From positions 1 through 53,959 of the forward strand of contig JAYTHY010000126.1 of the NCBI GenBank assembly GCA_043732185.1: a DNA stretch of 53,959 bases, written 5' to 3'. How positions within the stretch are numbered: the stretch's first letter is position 1; each line of letters starts with the position of its first letter. Source of the DNA: Fibrobacteria bacterium (GTDB taxonomy: Bacteria > Fibrobacterota > Fibrobacteria > UBA11236). Positions 39,462 through 48,661 of the stretch are shown piece after piece. Both the position numbers and the translations under genes were made by a program. The notes under the pieces were generated by a model, which had not been told where the DNA came from, searched no databases, and saw nothing but the letters and a program-made list of their open reading frames with translations.

Positions 39462-40040
39462 ATGAAGGGTTACATTTTGAACAAGATACAGCTCGCCGCC
39501 CTGATTTTAGGCAGTATCCTAGTTGTAAACTGTACCAAAGATCCGATTCCCGAATTTCGGATCGTTTATTTTCCAAATAAGAAGAACATCAAAGAGGAGT
39601 GGAGCATTGTTCGTACGCCGCGCGGCGACACCCTGGAGCAGGGCGTCCACAAACTGTTCTATTGGGATGGCGCCGCAGCCCAAAGCGAAGTTTGGAAGCA
39701 GGGAAAACGGGAAGGTTCTTCTCAGGCTTGGTATGAGAACGGGGGTACCAAATGGCTAAAGCATTATGTGGCGGGAAGGCCGGATGGACTTTGGCGGCTG
39801 AATCGTCAAGATGGGCAACCTTGGGAAGTTCGCAATTACGCTAATGGGTTTTTAAACGGACCACTCCAAGTTTGGGACAATAGCAGCCCCAGCGTTCTCA
39901 AAGAAGCGATTTTTACCAAGGGAAACTGCACTTCCGGAGACTGCGGCCTTTTGGATTTCCCCATTCCACCTTCGGATACGGGAGTGGTTGCGACCGAAAT
40001 GGCTCGAGACCGGGCCATAATAGAGGCGTTTAGAAACTAG
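39462..40040 (+). CDS. MORN-variant (YwqK-like) repeat lipoprotein
   Basis: SD AAGGAG and signal ending VVNC. Repeats WKQGKREG...WYENG, YVAGRPDG.W and YANGFLNG. Confidence 0.8.
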   Translation: MKGYILNKIQLAALILGSILVVNCTKDPIPEFRIVYFPNKKNIKEEWSIVRTPRGDTLEQGVHKLFYWDGAAAQSEVWKQGKREGSSQAWYENGGTKWLKHYVAGRPDGLWRLNRQDGQPWEVRNYANGFLNGPLQVWDNSSPSVLKEAIFTKGNCTSGDCGLLDFPIPPSDTGVVATEMARDRAIIEAFRN

Positions 40041-41312
40041 GTGGGTGTTACGGGCGCGCTACCCCTTTTTTATAAAGTAAAGCGCCGCCTGGCAGGCTTA
40101 CCGCCTATTGCCATCGAAGCAACCCTTGACGCGGAATGGGCCCGGTTAGGGTTGGATGCAGCCATGGTTTCCAACACCGCCGAATCGGGACTGGCCTCAC
40201 AAAACATCGCAATTGGAGTCGGCAGCCGCGGCATCCAGGATTTGCATCTCATGGTCCGGCATTTGGTAAAGCTCGTCAAGGCCGCTGGGGGGACGCCTTT
40301 CATCGTACCCGCCATGGGCAGTCACGGGGGCGCTACCACGGAAGGCCAGTTGGAAGTATTGGCCTCTTTGGGGATTACGGAAGCCACCATGGGTTGTCCC
40401 ATCCAGGCCACGATGGAAACAGTAGAAATGGGGCGGACCGCCGGTGGCCTGCCAGCCTATTTTGACGCCATTGCCGCTAAGGCGGATGGAATTCTACTGA
40501 TTAACCGCGTCAAGATGCACACCAGTTTTCATGGTTCTCTGGAAAGCGGTTTGCACAAAATGCTCGCTATTGGCCTGGGCAAAGAAAAGGCGGCAACGCT
40601 CTTGCATTCCCGTGGTCCCGACGGTCTGCGCGATGATATGCCGGAGGTGGCTCGGGTACTGTTGTCCAAAGTGCCATTCCTAGCCGGGTTCGGGATAGTC
40701 GAAGATGGCTACCATCATCCAGTTGCTTTACGAGGTTTGGGGGCTAGGGAGTTGGAAGCAGGCGAAATGGAATTGCTCACTTTGGCCAAGAGTCTTGCAC
40801 CGGGCCTTCCTTTTGCGGATGTGGATGTTTTGGTGGTGGACAAGATGGGTAAGGATATCAGCGGCACAGGCATGGATACGAATGTAATCGGCAGGCTGAA
40901 AATTCCCGGACATAGCGAGCCTGTATCGCCAAGGGTCAAAGCCATCGTGGTGCTGGATCTTACGGAAGCCACGCATGGAAACGCCTTAGGTATGGGTTTG
41001 GCGGACTTTACCGTACAGGGCCTAGTGGATAAAGTCGATTTCCGGTTGACGGCCAAGAATGTTTTGGCCAGCGGCTTTTTGGAACGGGGACGCCTGCCTG
41101 TTGTGCTCGGAGATTCGGCCGAGGCCTTGCACGTGGCTTTAAACCATGTTTTTCGGAAAAACCCTGAGGGCCGCTCTGGCGCGAGAATCCTGCATATCAC
41201 CAGTACTTTGGAGCTGGAGGATTTCTGGGTATCAGAAAATATGATCGGTGAAGTTCGGAAACTTCCCGGTTACCTAGAGGATTCCGGACCTGTGGAATTC
41301 AACCCAGCATAA
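40041..41312 (+). CDS. Lactate-racemase N-terminal-like domain protein (DUF2088/LarA-like)
   Basis: IAIGVGSRGI, PFIVPAMGSHGGAT.EGQ, NRVKMHT.F, ESGL.KML.IGLG and MGKDISGTGMDTNVIGR. Confidence 0.82.
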   Translation: MGVTGALPLFYKVKRRLAGLPPIAIEATLDAEWARLGLDAAMVSNTAESGLASQNIAIGVGSRGIQDLHLMVRHLVKLVKAAGGTPFIVPAMGSHGGATTEGQLEVLASLGITEATMGCPIQATMETVEMGRTAGGLPAYFDAIAAKADGILLINRVKMHTSFHGSLESGLHKMLAIGLGKEKAATLLHSRGPDGLRDDMPEVARVLLSKVPFLAGFGIVEDGYHHPVALRGLGARELEAGEMELLTLAKSLAPGLPFADVDVLVVDKMGKDISGTGMDTNVIGRLKIPGHSEPVSPRVKAIVVLDLTEATHGNALGMGLADFTVQGLVDKVDFRLTAKNVLASGFLERGRLPVVLGDSAEALHVALNHVFRKNPEGRSGARILHITSTLELEDFWVSENMIGEVRKLPGYLEDSGPVEFNPA

Positions 41313-41383
41313 TGGAAAACACCACTCTGTAAACCAAGGCGTCGAGTTTCCTTACACCGTCACATTTTACCTAGGTAGCAGCA

Positions 41384-43093
41384 ATGAGTCTATTCAAGTT
41401 TATTTTTAATCACAGGGTATATCTCACTGTGGTCCTATATTCATTTGCCTCGGCAGGGGAAAAGCCCGCGGAATTTCCCTTGAAGGACTTTGTTCCAGTC
41501 GATTTTTTCCGTCAATATTTTTCGATTTCACCAAGGCTTGATTTGAGTGGATCTAACAGGAGGTTTGAGGCGGACAGCAGCGGAAATACAGATGGCAACT
41601 CTAACGGTGATGGGGGAATCAACCTTCATCACGAATATCGAAAGTATTCGCAAGCTCGCGAATTTTCCGGAACCAGCGAAATTGTGGCGAATGGCAGTTA
41701 TTCTACGTCGAATGATGAGCCAAAATTCATTGCCAATCCTTGGCCGTCTAATTCATGGTACGCGAATTCCCAGCGATATTCAAACCTTTCATTTTCTGCT
41801 TTTAGCGATCATATGGGAAAATGGTACCTCACCGAAAAGGTCTCGCTAGGAGTTCACTTGGAGCCACTGGTAAACGTTAGTCAAAATAAACGCAGGACAA
41901 GGAGAGTTCAAGCCAGTGTATTCAACCCAGGCACCATTTCAGATTCTCTTTATCTTGATAGAACCCTCGATTATTCTCCGAGCGAGAACCGTTTCTTTGA
42001 CCTGCAAGGCTCGGTATGGGCGGGGTATGGCAAAATCTATGATGTTGCCTTTGCTGCTAAAATCTTGTTCTTACTGGATCGAATTAGAGACCGAACCGGA
42101 AAAGATCTAGAACTGGATGTATCGGAAATGAAGCAGCTGGAAGGTTTTGTCGAATCTCGCCGAAAAGAACGCCCGTTCTATGATAGTCGCTTGACAGAAA
42201 TTTTCGATGTCGAATCTATCGAAATGTTTTTGCGAAAAAATGGGAGTATCGACTATTTTCCATCCGGCGCCATTCTTGAAATGGCTGACGAATGGCAATA
42301 TACTCAGTGGCAAGAAAGACTATCTGGGTGGGAAGTAAAGCTTTTTCCATATTTCGAACTCCAATTTCGGGACGGAGGGTATTCCAACAAATCTGAAACC
42401 CAGTCTGGCAGGTTTGCCAAAGATCAATTTGATACCAAGGCCGAATTCCTAGCCTTGACAGAAGGCCCTCTAACGGATCAATCGGATTCCAAATTAATTC
42501 AGGATGAATTCCGCGGCACAAAAATATTTGGTTTGGGAGCTACCATGGCTTACCATATTCCCTACCGTCGATTTTACCAGGCCAGCGCTTCGCTTACTTC
42601 TCGATTTGAAAAGAACATTGTAGAGTCAGGTCAAACCACCACAGAAACAAGAAATCCCACGCCTATAACAAATCTTGGTTCCTACAATGTGCATAAGTAT
42701 GTACAGTATGAATTTCCTGGCGCCGAGCTGGGAATGGATCTAAGCTTGGCTTTTTTCCCGTCCTCCCGAACCTCAATCTTTTTAAACGAAAATACGAACT
42801 ACCGAGTAAAATTTGATTACTCGGGAAATAAGGAATCACTAACCTATTTGATGGGCCGAGTCCCGTACCAAGACAGTCGGGTAATTGTTTCAAAATTGGA
42901 ATTGAAAGTGGACTATTTCTTAGGCTTCAGGTTAAAACTCTGGATATCTGGAGGCGTTTACCATAGCAACTGGAATAGTCAGGACGTAGATCCGGAATCG
43001 TCCCGTTGGTTATCGAGTGACAGGTATGGCACTGAAGAGGGCGAAAGCTCCTCCTATAGAATCAGTAGTGGAATCACGTACTACCTGTTTTAA
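41384..43093 (+). CDS. Hypothetical outer-membrane beta-barrel protein with central helical insert
   Basis: Signal-like N-terminus, many amphipathic strands and terminus YRISSGITYYLF. Confidence 0.65.
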   Translation: MSLFKFIFNHRVYLTVVLYSFASAGEKPAEFPLKDFVPVDFFRQYFSISPRLDLSGSNRRFEADSSGNTDGNSNGDGGINLHHEYRKYSQAREFSGTSEIVANGSYSTSNDEPKFIANPWPSNSWYANSQRYSNLSFSAFSDHMGKWYLTEKVSLGVHLEPLVNVSQNKRRTRRVQASVFNPGTISDSLYLDRTLDYSPSENRFFDLQGSVWAGYGKIYDVAFAAKILFLLDRIRDRTGKDLELDVSEMKQLEGFVESRRKERPFYDSRLTEIFDVESIEMFLRKNGSIDYFPSGAILEMADEWQYTQWQERLSGWEVKLFPYFELQFRDGGYSNKSETQSGRFAKDQFDTKAEFLALTEGPLTDQSDSKLIQDEFRGTKIFGLGATMAYHIPYRRFYQASASLTSRFEKNIVESGQTTTETRNPTPITNLGSYNVHKYVQYEFPGAELGMDLSLAFFPSSRTSIFLNENTNYRVKFDYSGNKESLTYLMGRVPYQDSRVIVSKLELKVDYFLGFRLKLWISGGVYHSNWNSQDVDPESSRWLSSDRYGTEEGESSSYRISSGITYYLF

Positions 43094-43201
43094 AAAACAC
43101 GACTTCCTGTAGTTTCACGATTTGGATTTAAGACCGAGTTCGATCTTTTTGAGGATCAAGATGAGGCGATGATCAAACGCTTGGGCGAAATCCTTCCCTA
43201 A
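43094..43201 (+). pseudogene. AbrB/MazE-fold (VapB-like) antitoxin remnant
   Basis: The frame reads KTRLPVVSRFGFKTEFDLFEDQDEAMIKRLGEILP*. It lacks its N-terminus and lies directly upstream of the PIN fragment. Confidence 0.4.
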
Positions 43202-43213
43202 AGATATCGAATT

Positions 43214-43273
43214 ATGACCTATCTCCTCGACACCAATATTTGCCTCTACATCATCAAAAACCAGCTTTGCTAA
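43214..43273 (+). pseudogene. vapC: Truncated VapC (PIN-domain) toxin
   Basis: MTYLLDTNICLYIIKNQLC* is the canonical VapC N-terminus and stops after 19 codons. Confidence 0.8.
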
Positions 43274-43278
43274 AACGC

Positions 43279-44607
43279 CTAAACGGATTTGGAAATTTCC
43301 CGCGCGGCTTGAAAAATATTTTCAAACAATTTGGGTAGCTTATCCGTGGGCGTGGCGGAAAAAGCCAAGCGCAGTACTCCGCCGAAATTGATCACCCCAG
43401 TGGAATACTCCGCCAACAGCTTTTGGCGCAATTTCTCCGCATCCACCTTAGGCTGAATGCACATGAAGTACCCGGAATTGAAAGGCAGAGGCGAAAACTG
43501 TTCCTGGTATTCAGGATGGGCAGCCAGGATTTCCTTGACGGCATTGTACCTGCGTTTCAGCAGATTGAACTTCTGGGACTTTTCCGCCGTGTACTCGCTG
43601 GAAGACCAGGAGCGTACGAGCAGGGACTGGGCCGGATTCGAAGTGCTGGAGATGTTGCCCCGTATGGCTCCGCCAGTTTTGGCTTCCAGGGCCTCATAAA
43701 GGGCTGGGGTACCGCCCTTGATACCGTAACTTAGGAATCCGACACGGAAACCCCAGACATAATCTTCCTTGGTCGCGCCGTCGATTTTAACCGCCAGCAA
43801 ATTGGGGTGTAGATTACACAGTTCGACGAAAATGGACTGGCTGTAAACATTGTCTTCAAACACCAGGCCGAAGTAGGCGTCATCGATAAGTACCACAACT
43901 TTATCACCGCGCTCAGCGGATTCAAGCAAGGCTGCCACAATTTCTTTCACTTCCGAGGGCAGAGGCGTATAGCCGCTGGGATTGTTGGGGAAATTGAGAA
44001 GCACCACTTTTTTCCCATTAGTGGCCGGCTGCTGAAGTTTGGCGCGAAGGCCCGACACATTGAAGTTAGCCTCGCCCGATGCGCGGGTGCCAGGTTCGAT
44101 ATAGGTGGTAAAGGTATCCAGCGAAGCGCCAAAGGCTTGCGTAAAAATCAGTCCATAATTTTCCCAGAATAAATCAGGCAAGATTACTGTATCGCCTTCA
44201 TCGCAAAAAAGATAACCGGCCATGCTGAGTCCATGGGTCAAGGCCGCGGTGACCACCGGTAGGCTGAAGGTTTGACCAGCGAGCCCGACATTCTTGCGGA
44301 GAATCATTTCTTTCCAAAGCTTGCGGATATCCGGACGACCGGGGCTTGGTGCGTAGGGAAAGGCATCTCCTGCCGGCAGAATAAGGTTCTTGGCCAAGCT
44401 GGGCAAGGCCACGGGTTTACCATCGTCCTCGAGCGCAATCCCTATGGTGGCGTTGATCTCCTTGCCATTCGCTTCTGCCGATTGTGCCAGGATGCCTTGT
44501 TTGGGAAAAAAGATGGCCTTGCCTTTGGCCGATAACATTTCCAGTACCGCGGGATTGGCGGCTTTGATGGTCTGATTCAGGCTCGCGGCTTGTGCGTCCA
44601 ACTCCAT
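43279..44607 (-). CDS. Class I/II PLP-dependent aminotransferase
   Basis: LNFPNNPSGYTP, IDDAYFGL and DGATKEDYVWGFRVG (PLP lysine). Likely start ATG 44607. Confidence 0.9.
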   Translation of the reverse strand: MELDAQAASLNQTIKAANPAVLEMLSAKGKAIFFPKQGILAQSAEANGKEINATIGIALEDDGKPVALPSLAKNLILPAGDAFPYAPSPGRPDIRKLWKEMILRKNVGLAGQTFSLPVVTAALTHGLSMAGYLFCDEGDTVILPDLFWENYGLIFTQAFGASLDTFTTYIEPGTRASGEANFNVSGLRAKLQQPATNGKKVVLLNFPNNPSGYTPLPSEVKEIVAALLESAERGDKVVVLIDDAYFGLVFEDNVYSQSIFVELCNLHPNLLAVKIDGATKEDYVWGFRVGFLSYGIKGGTPALYEALEAKTGGAIRGNISSTSNPAQSLLVRSWSSSEYTAEKSQKFNLLKRRYNAVKEILAAHPEYQEQFSPLPFNSGYFMCIQPKVDAEKLRQKLLAEYSTGVINFGGVLRLAFSATPTDKLPKLFENIFQAAREISKSV

Positions 44608-44661
44608 GTCTTGTCCTTGCTTGGTGCCCCTGCAACCGGGGCTCTCGGTGAATGGCAAAAT

Positions 44662-46101
44662 CTACTTTATTGTGTCTCGAAGACCGAGGATTTGCTTGGC
44701 CATAGCGAGTTGGGCCTTAACGGATTCGCTTCCCGTGCCGCCTTGAATTCCGCGGCGCTCCGCCGAGAATCGGAAGGTCAGGCGATTTCGAAATGCTTTG
44801 CCGTCCGGAATCTCCGCCCAGTCTTTTTCTGGTAACTCCAAAAAGGAAACCTTGAGCGATTCCGCACGGGCGATCATTTTACCAACCACATGGTGTGCAT
44901 CGCGAAATGGTATCCCCTTTTCCACTAAATAGTCGGCCAGATCCGTGGCCAGCATGCCAGGGTGCATTTTGCGTAAGATGACATCTGTACGGAATTTTAA
45001 AGTTGCAATGGCTTCTGTCATAACCGCCAAGCAGGTTTCCAAGGTTTCGACGGAATCGAAAACGCCTTCTTTATCTTCCTGCAAGTCCCGATCATACGCA
45101 TGCGGCAGACCTTTGAGAACCGTGAACAGGCGGGTAAAATTTCCGAGTAGCCGTCCGGACTTGCCGCGGATGAGCTCCATGGAATCCGGATTTTTTTTCT
45201 GGGGCATCATGCTGGATCCGGAAGTATAAGCTTCGCCCAATTCCAGGTAGCTGAATTCTTGCGACGACCAGATGACAAAATCTTCCGCATACCCACTGAG
45301 CGTCGTTCCTAGAATGGCCATCGTCCCCGAAAATTCTAGAGCCCAATCCCTGTGTGCGGTGGCATCAATACTGTTGGGGGACACCTCCGGAAATCCCAAC
45401 GCCTTGGCTACCAATTCGCGCTGGTAGGGAAAGGCGGACCCGGCCAGGGCACCGGAACCTAGCGGCAACTGACCGGCGGACGCACCGGCATTGCGGAGTC
45501 GCGTTTTGTCGCGTTCCAAAGCCCAGAAAAAGGATAAGAGGTAATGGCCAATGTAAATGGGCTGGGCTTGTTGCAAATGTGTATAGCCGGGCATCAAGTC
45601 TTGGCGATACACTTGCGCTTTGGCATAAAGGGCCTTTTGTAATTCGACTACGGCTGACTCCAGCGCTTTTGTCCGATGACGGATATACAATTTGAAATCC
45701 GTGGCCACTTGATCGTTGCGACTCCGGCCGGTGTGTAATTTTTTTCCGAGCTCGCCGATGCGTTCGGTGAGAATGCGTTCCACCGCCATATGAATGTCTT
45801 CATCGCTTTCCTTAAAAAGCGATTGGCCCGCTTCCAGATCAGCACGGACGCTTTTGAGCCCCTGTTGCATTTTACTGAACTCGGCACTGGACAAAACTCC
45901 GGCGGCTTTAAGGCCAAGCGCATGAGCCAAGCTGCCTTCGATATCTTCGCGGAAAAGCTTCTTGTCAAAGGAAAGGCTTACCGATAGTTTTTCCATCGAG
46001 GAGGCCATGGATCCCTGGAATCGTCCTTGCCACAGCTTATCGGTTTTCACAGGTTTTTTTTTGCCAGTTTTTTTGCCGAGTTTTTTTCCAATGGTGCCCA
46101 T
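44662..46101 (-). CDS. argH: Argininosuccinate lyase
   Basis: LWQGRF, EDIHMAVE, KLHTGRSRNDQVATD, MPGYTHLQQAQP and GSSMMPQKKNPD. Confidence 0.97.
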   Translation of the reverse strand: MGTIGKKLGKKTGKKKPVKTDKLWQGRFQGSMASSMEKLSVSLSFDKKLFREDIEGSLAHALGLKAAGVLSSAEFSKMQQGLKSVRADLEAGQSLFKESDEDIHMAVERILTERIGELGKKLHTGRSRNDQVATDFKLYIRHRTKALESAVVELQKALYAKAQVYRQDLMPGYTHLQQAQPIYIGHYLLSFFWALERDKTRLRNAGASAGQLPLGSGALAGSAFPYQRELVAKALGFPEVSPNSIDATAHRDWALEFSGTMAILGTTLSGYAEDFVIWSSQEFSYLELGEAYTSGSSMMPQKKNPDSMELIRGKSGRLLGNFTRLFTVLKGLPHAYDRDLQEDKEGVFDSVETLETCLAVMTEAIATLKFRTDVILRKMHPGMLATDLADYLVEKGIPFRDAHHVVGKMIARAESLKVSFLELPEKDWAEIPDGKAFRNRLTFRFSAERRGIQGGTGSESVKAQLAMAKQILGLRDTIK

Positions 46102-46211
46102 TATGCGCTCCCGCCCGCAGGCGCTAATATCGAGGGTAATTGTAGTTAAACTGCTTGCGCCGCCAAGTTAAGGTGATCTTCAGGGCGGCTGATAGGTTTA
46201 CGACGGGAGCG

Positions 46212-47534
46212 CTATGGAGGGCGTTTGGGAATGAGGGAAAAGAAGCCCGTGCTTTGCGCGGTTTTCAAGGTATCGGCAAGCAGGCGAACCTGAAGGAGAC
46301 ATGTATTGGAAGGGCTTAAGCTCGCTGCCGGAGTCCAGTCAAAAACGGGAATTCCGTCCGGGTTTTTAAAACTGTCGGCCAGGGTGATCCAATTTTTACC
46401 TGCATCCAAAGAAAGTCGAACCCATACATTGCCCGTGTCCGGCATTTCCCACATGACTTGATAGGGCGCGCCCAGCGGGATCGAGTCATTGGGTCTAGGC
46501 AACACAACTCTAGGCCGCTGAGGTGGGGGAATATGGCGCACGGAGATAACGGTCTTAGACTTTTTTGTGAATAGCCCCAGGGTGGCGGAGACTTCGATGT
46601 AATAGACGCCTTCGACCGCGAACCGTATTTCCGTACTCAAATTGGTTGGGTCACTGAAGACCACCCGATTGCCTAAAGAATCTCCGGGAAGCGGAATTTG
46701 TCGCCACAGAATGGATAGCCTTGGATTGGCAGGATCCACATTGACAACTTTGGCTAAAAGTAGACTGGGTATTTCGATAAAGGCTTCCCGTGGCGGTCCT
46801 GCCTGGATTCCAAGCAACGAATCCAAATTGGAAATACGACTCGTGTCCACTTTGCCGACGGAAATCTGGCCCGGGGTAAAAATTCTTGCGCCATTTGTAT
46901 TGAGCGATTCCGCGACGGGGAAAATCTGTCCGTCTCCTTCAAGCAATCTCAATGGGAAAACACCGGGCGGCAAGTCTTCGAAGAAAAAGACGCTGTCTAC
47001 CAAAGTGGCCTGGAAAGGAGTTCCAGGAATATACATGCGGCTTAATTGGTCCTTTGAAGTGGGGCCGGAAACATGCGCTTGATAGTGCACCAAGGGCTTT
47101 GGTTTCATTTCCAGGCGGCTTAAAGCACCACCGCGCAACTGGGAAAAAACTTTTGTTTTGGAATTATAGGTCAAACCGAAATTGAGGATGCCAGTTTGAT
47201 TTTCGGTTTTAAGTTGCAAGTTGAAATGCAGCACAGAATCGGAAGTGGAAATCCTTTCGATATCATTGCTGGTTAGGTTGGTTGAGTCCGAGGCCTTGAG
47301 TTTAAGCGTCCAAAGCGGTTCCGGGTCCACGGCGGGATTTTGATCTTGGCTGTATAAGTTAAGGTCACCGGTCACTCGCAAGGCCAAGCCGGTGGAATCG
47401 TGAAAGGCTAAAGTCAATTGGGGATTGTCTACGCCGGAACTCGTACCCGCCACACGATTGTCCCCACAGCCGAAAAGGCCAAAGGCAAACCATACATGCA
47501 TGGCCGCAAAACGTCTAAGGGAAATTAAGCTCAT
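46212..47534 (-). CDS. Lipoprotein partner of TIGR02147 copy 2 (beta-sandwich/PKD-like domains)
   Basis: Lipobox LFGC followed by VAGTSSGVDN. Sandwich segment YIPGTPFQA...FFFEDLPPGVF, PKD-like W.Q...VVFSDPTNLSTEIRF..EGVY, and tail LSLDAGKNW. Confidence 0.75.
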   Translation of the reverse strand: MSLISLRRFAAMHVWFAFGLFGCGDNRVAGTSSGVDNPQLTLAFHDSTGLALRVTGDLNLYSQDQNPAVDPEPLWTLKLKASDSTNLTSNDIERISTSDSVLHFNLQLKTENQTGILNFGLTYNSKTKVFSQLRGGALSRLEMKPKPLVHYQAHVSGPTSKDQLSRMYIPGTPFQATLVDSVFFFEDLPPGVFPLRLLEGDGQIFPVAESLNTNGARIFTPGQISVGKVDTSRISNLDSLLGIQAGPPREAFIEIPSLLLAKVVNVDPANPRLSILWRQIPLPGDSLGNRVVFSDPTNLSTEIRFAVEGVYYIEVSATLGLFTKKSKTVISVRHIPPPQRPRVVLPRPNDSIPLGAPYQVMWEMPDTGNVWVRLSLDAGKNWITLADSFKNPDGIPVFDWTPAASLSPSNTCLLQVRLLADTLKTAQSTGFFSLIPKRPP

Positions 47535-47597
47535 GTACTTGTTCCGGTAAAAGGATCCACAGCCGGTTAAATCTAGAAAGATGAAATGGTTCAGCCC

Positions 47598-48476
47598 TTA
47601 AGCCGGCACTTTGCTATTGGGAAAAAGTTGCATGGTCAATGTGTAAATACGATCTTCCTTTCCGTCCCTGTCGATAATCTCTCGCAGTTCTTCTTGGAAA
47701 GAACGGATTCGATCTTGAATGGTTTTAAATCCCGCCTTGGAAATGGAAAACATGAGGGCGTTGTATTGCCGCACTTCTGCCGGCAAAGACTCAAATACCT
47801 CCATGGCCATGCCCGTCAGCTCTTGGATGTGTTGGCGTGCCGCCATGGCCTGCACGTTTTTCTCGGTATAAATATGTTTGTCCGTCACCGTATATCCACT
47901 GGCGGTTTTTTTTATCAAGCCCAAATCCAACAGCAATTCGATGGATTCTTCCACTTGTGTTGAACTCAATGGCGGATAAATATTTGCGGCGATGATGCCA
48001 GGATGTTTTTGTTTTTGATCGATTCCAAAATAATTCCACACGGCGGAAAAGTACCATTTAGAGAAAAAACGGTATTGAGTTTCTCCAACAATTTGGGCCC
48101 TGGAACTTCGAAACTTGGCGAGCTGGGCAAAGAAAAAGTTTTTCTCCTGCATGCCTTTGGCTTGATTGAATTGGACGAGCAGATCAAAGTAGCGTGATTC
48201 GCGTTCCCCCAAGCGCAGGGCTTTCACGAATTTTACCCGTAAGGTTTGGCTAAGCTGACGACGCCCCTTAATCACGGCGGGCAAAAGACTCGCTGTAGAC
48301 ATTGGCAAACCGGCATCGCGTGCAAAAGATCGTTGGGAAAATTTTGAGTCGATACATTTTTGATGGGCAGTATAATCCCGGAGGAAATCCCGATAATCAA
48401 GGTACTGAAGAATCCGTGGCTCGTGCGACGACGAAGTCTGCATAGGGGATTTTGGTATTTTGACCATGGTTTTCAA
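47598..48476 (-). CDS. TIGR02147 family protein (HTH-like + DUF4423), copy 2
   Basis: ILQYLDYRDFLRDY...FSQRSFARDAG, ESRYFDLLVQFNQA, FFSKWYFSAV and DRIYTLTMQLFP. The start may be TTG 48476 or ATG 48467. Confidence 0.9.
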   Translation of the reverse strand: MKTMVKIPKSPMQTSSSHEPRILQYLDYRDFLRDYTAHQKCIDSKFSQRSFARDAGLPMSTASLLPAVIKGRRQLSQTLRVKFVKALRLGERESRYFDLLVQFNQAKGMQEKNFFFAQLAKFRSSRAQIVGETQYRFFSKWYFSAVWNYFGIDQKQKHPGIIAANIYPPLSSTQVEESIELLLDLGLIKKTASGYTVTDKHIYTEKNVQAMAARQHIQELTGMAMEVFESLPAEVRQYNALMFSISKAGFKTIQDRIRSFQEELREIIDRDGKEDRIYTLTMQLFPNSKVPA

Positions 48477-48661
48477 AGTATACTCCCGGACACGTCACTA
48501 ATACTATTAAAAACCCAAATAGGTGGGGACAATTAGGCCCCGGAATTTAAGGCAGACGATCTAGTTGCATGCGTCTGAACCATGTATTCTTGACGCATAA
48601 CGCCAGTGCCGGCGGCACATTTATGCAATGCCATCTGCGCATTTATTAAAAAAGGAAAACA

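Noticed and set aside
39462..40040. YwqK-like protein as the antitoxin of a TA system
   Set aside because: It is a MORN-repeat lipoprotein with no adjacent recognisable toxin, so the label would reflect only the repeat.
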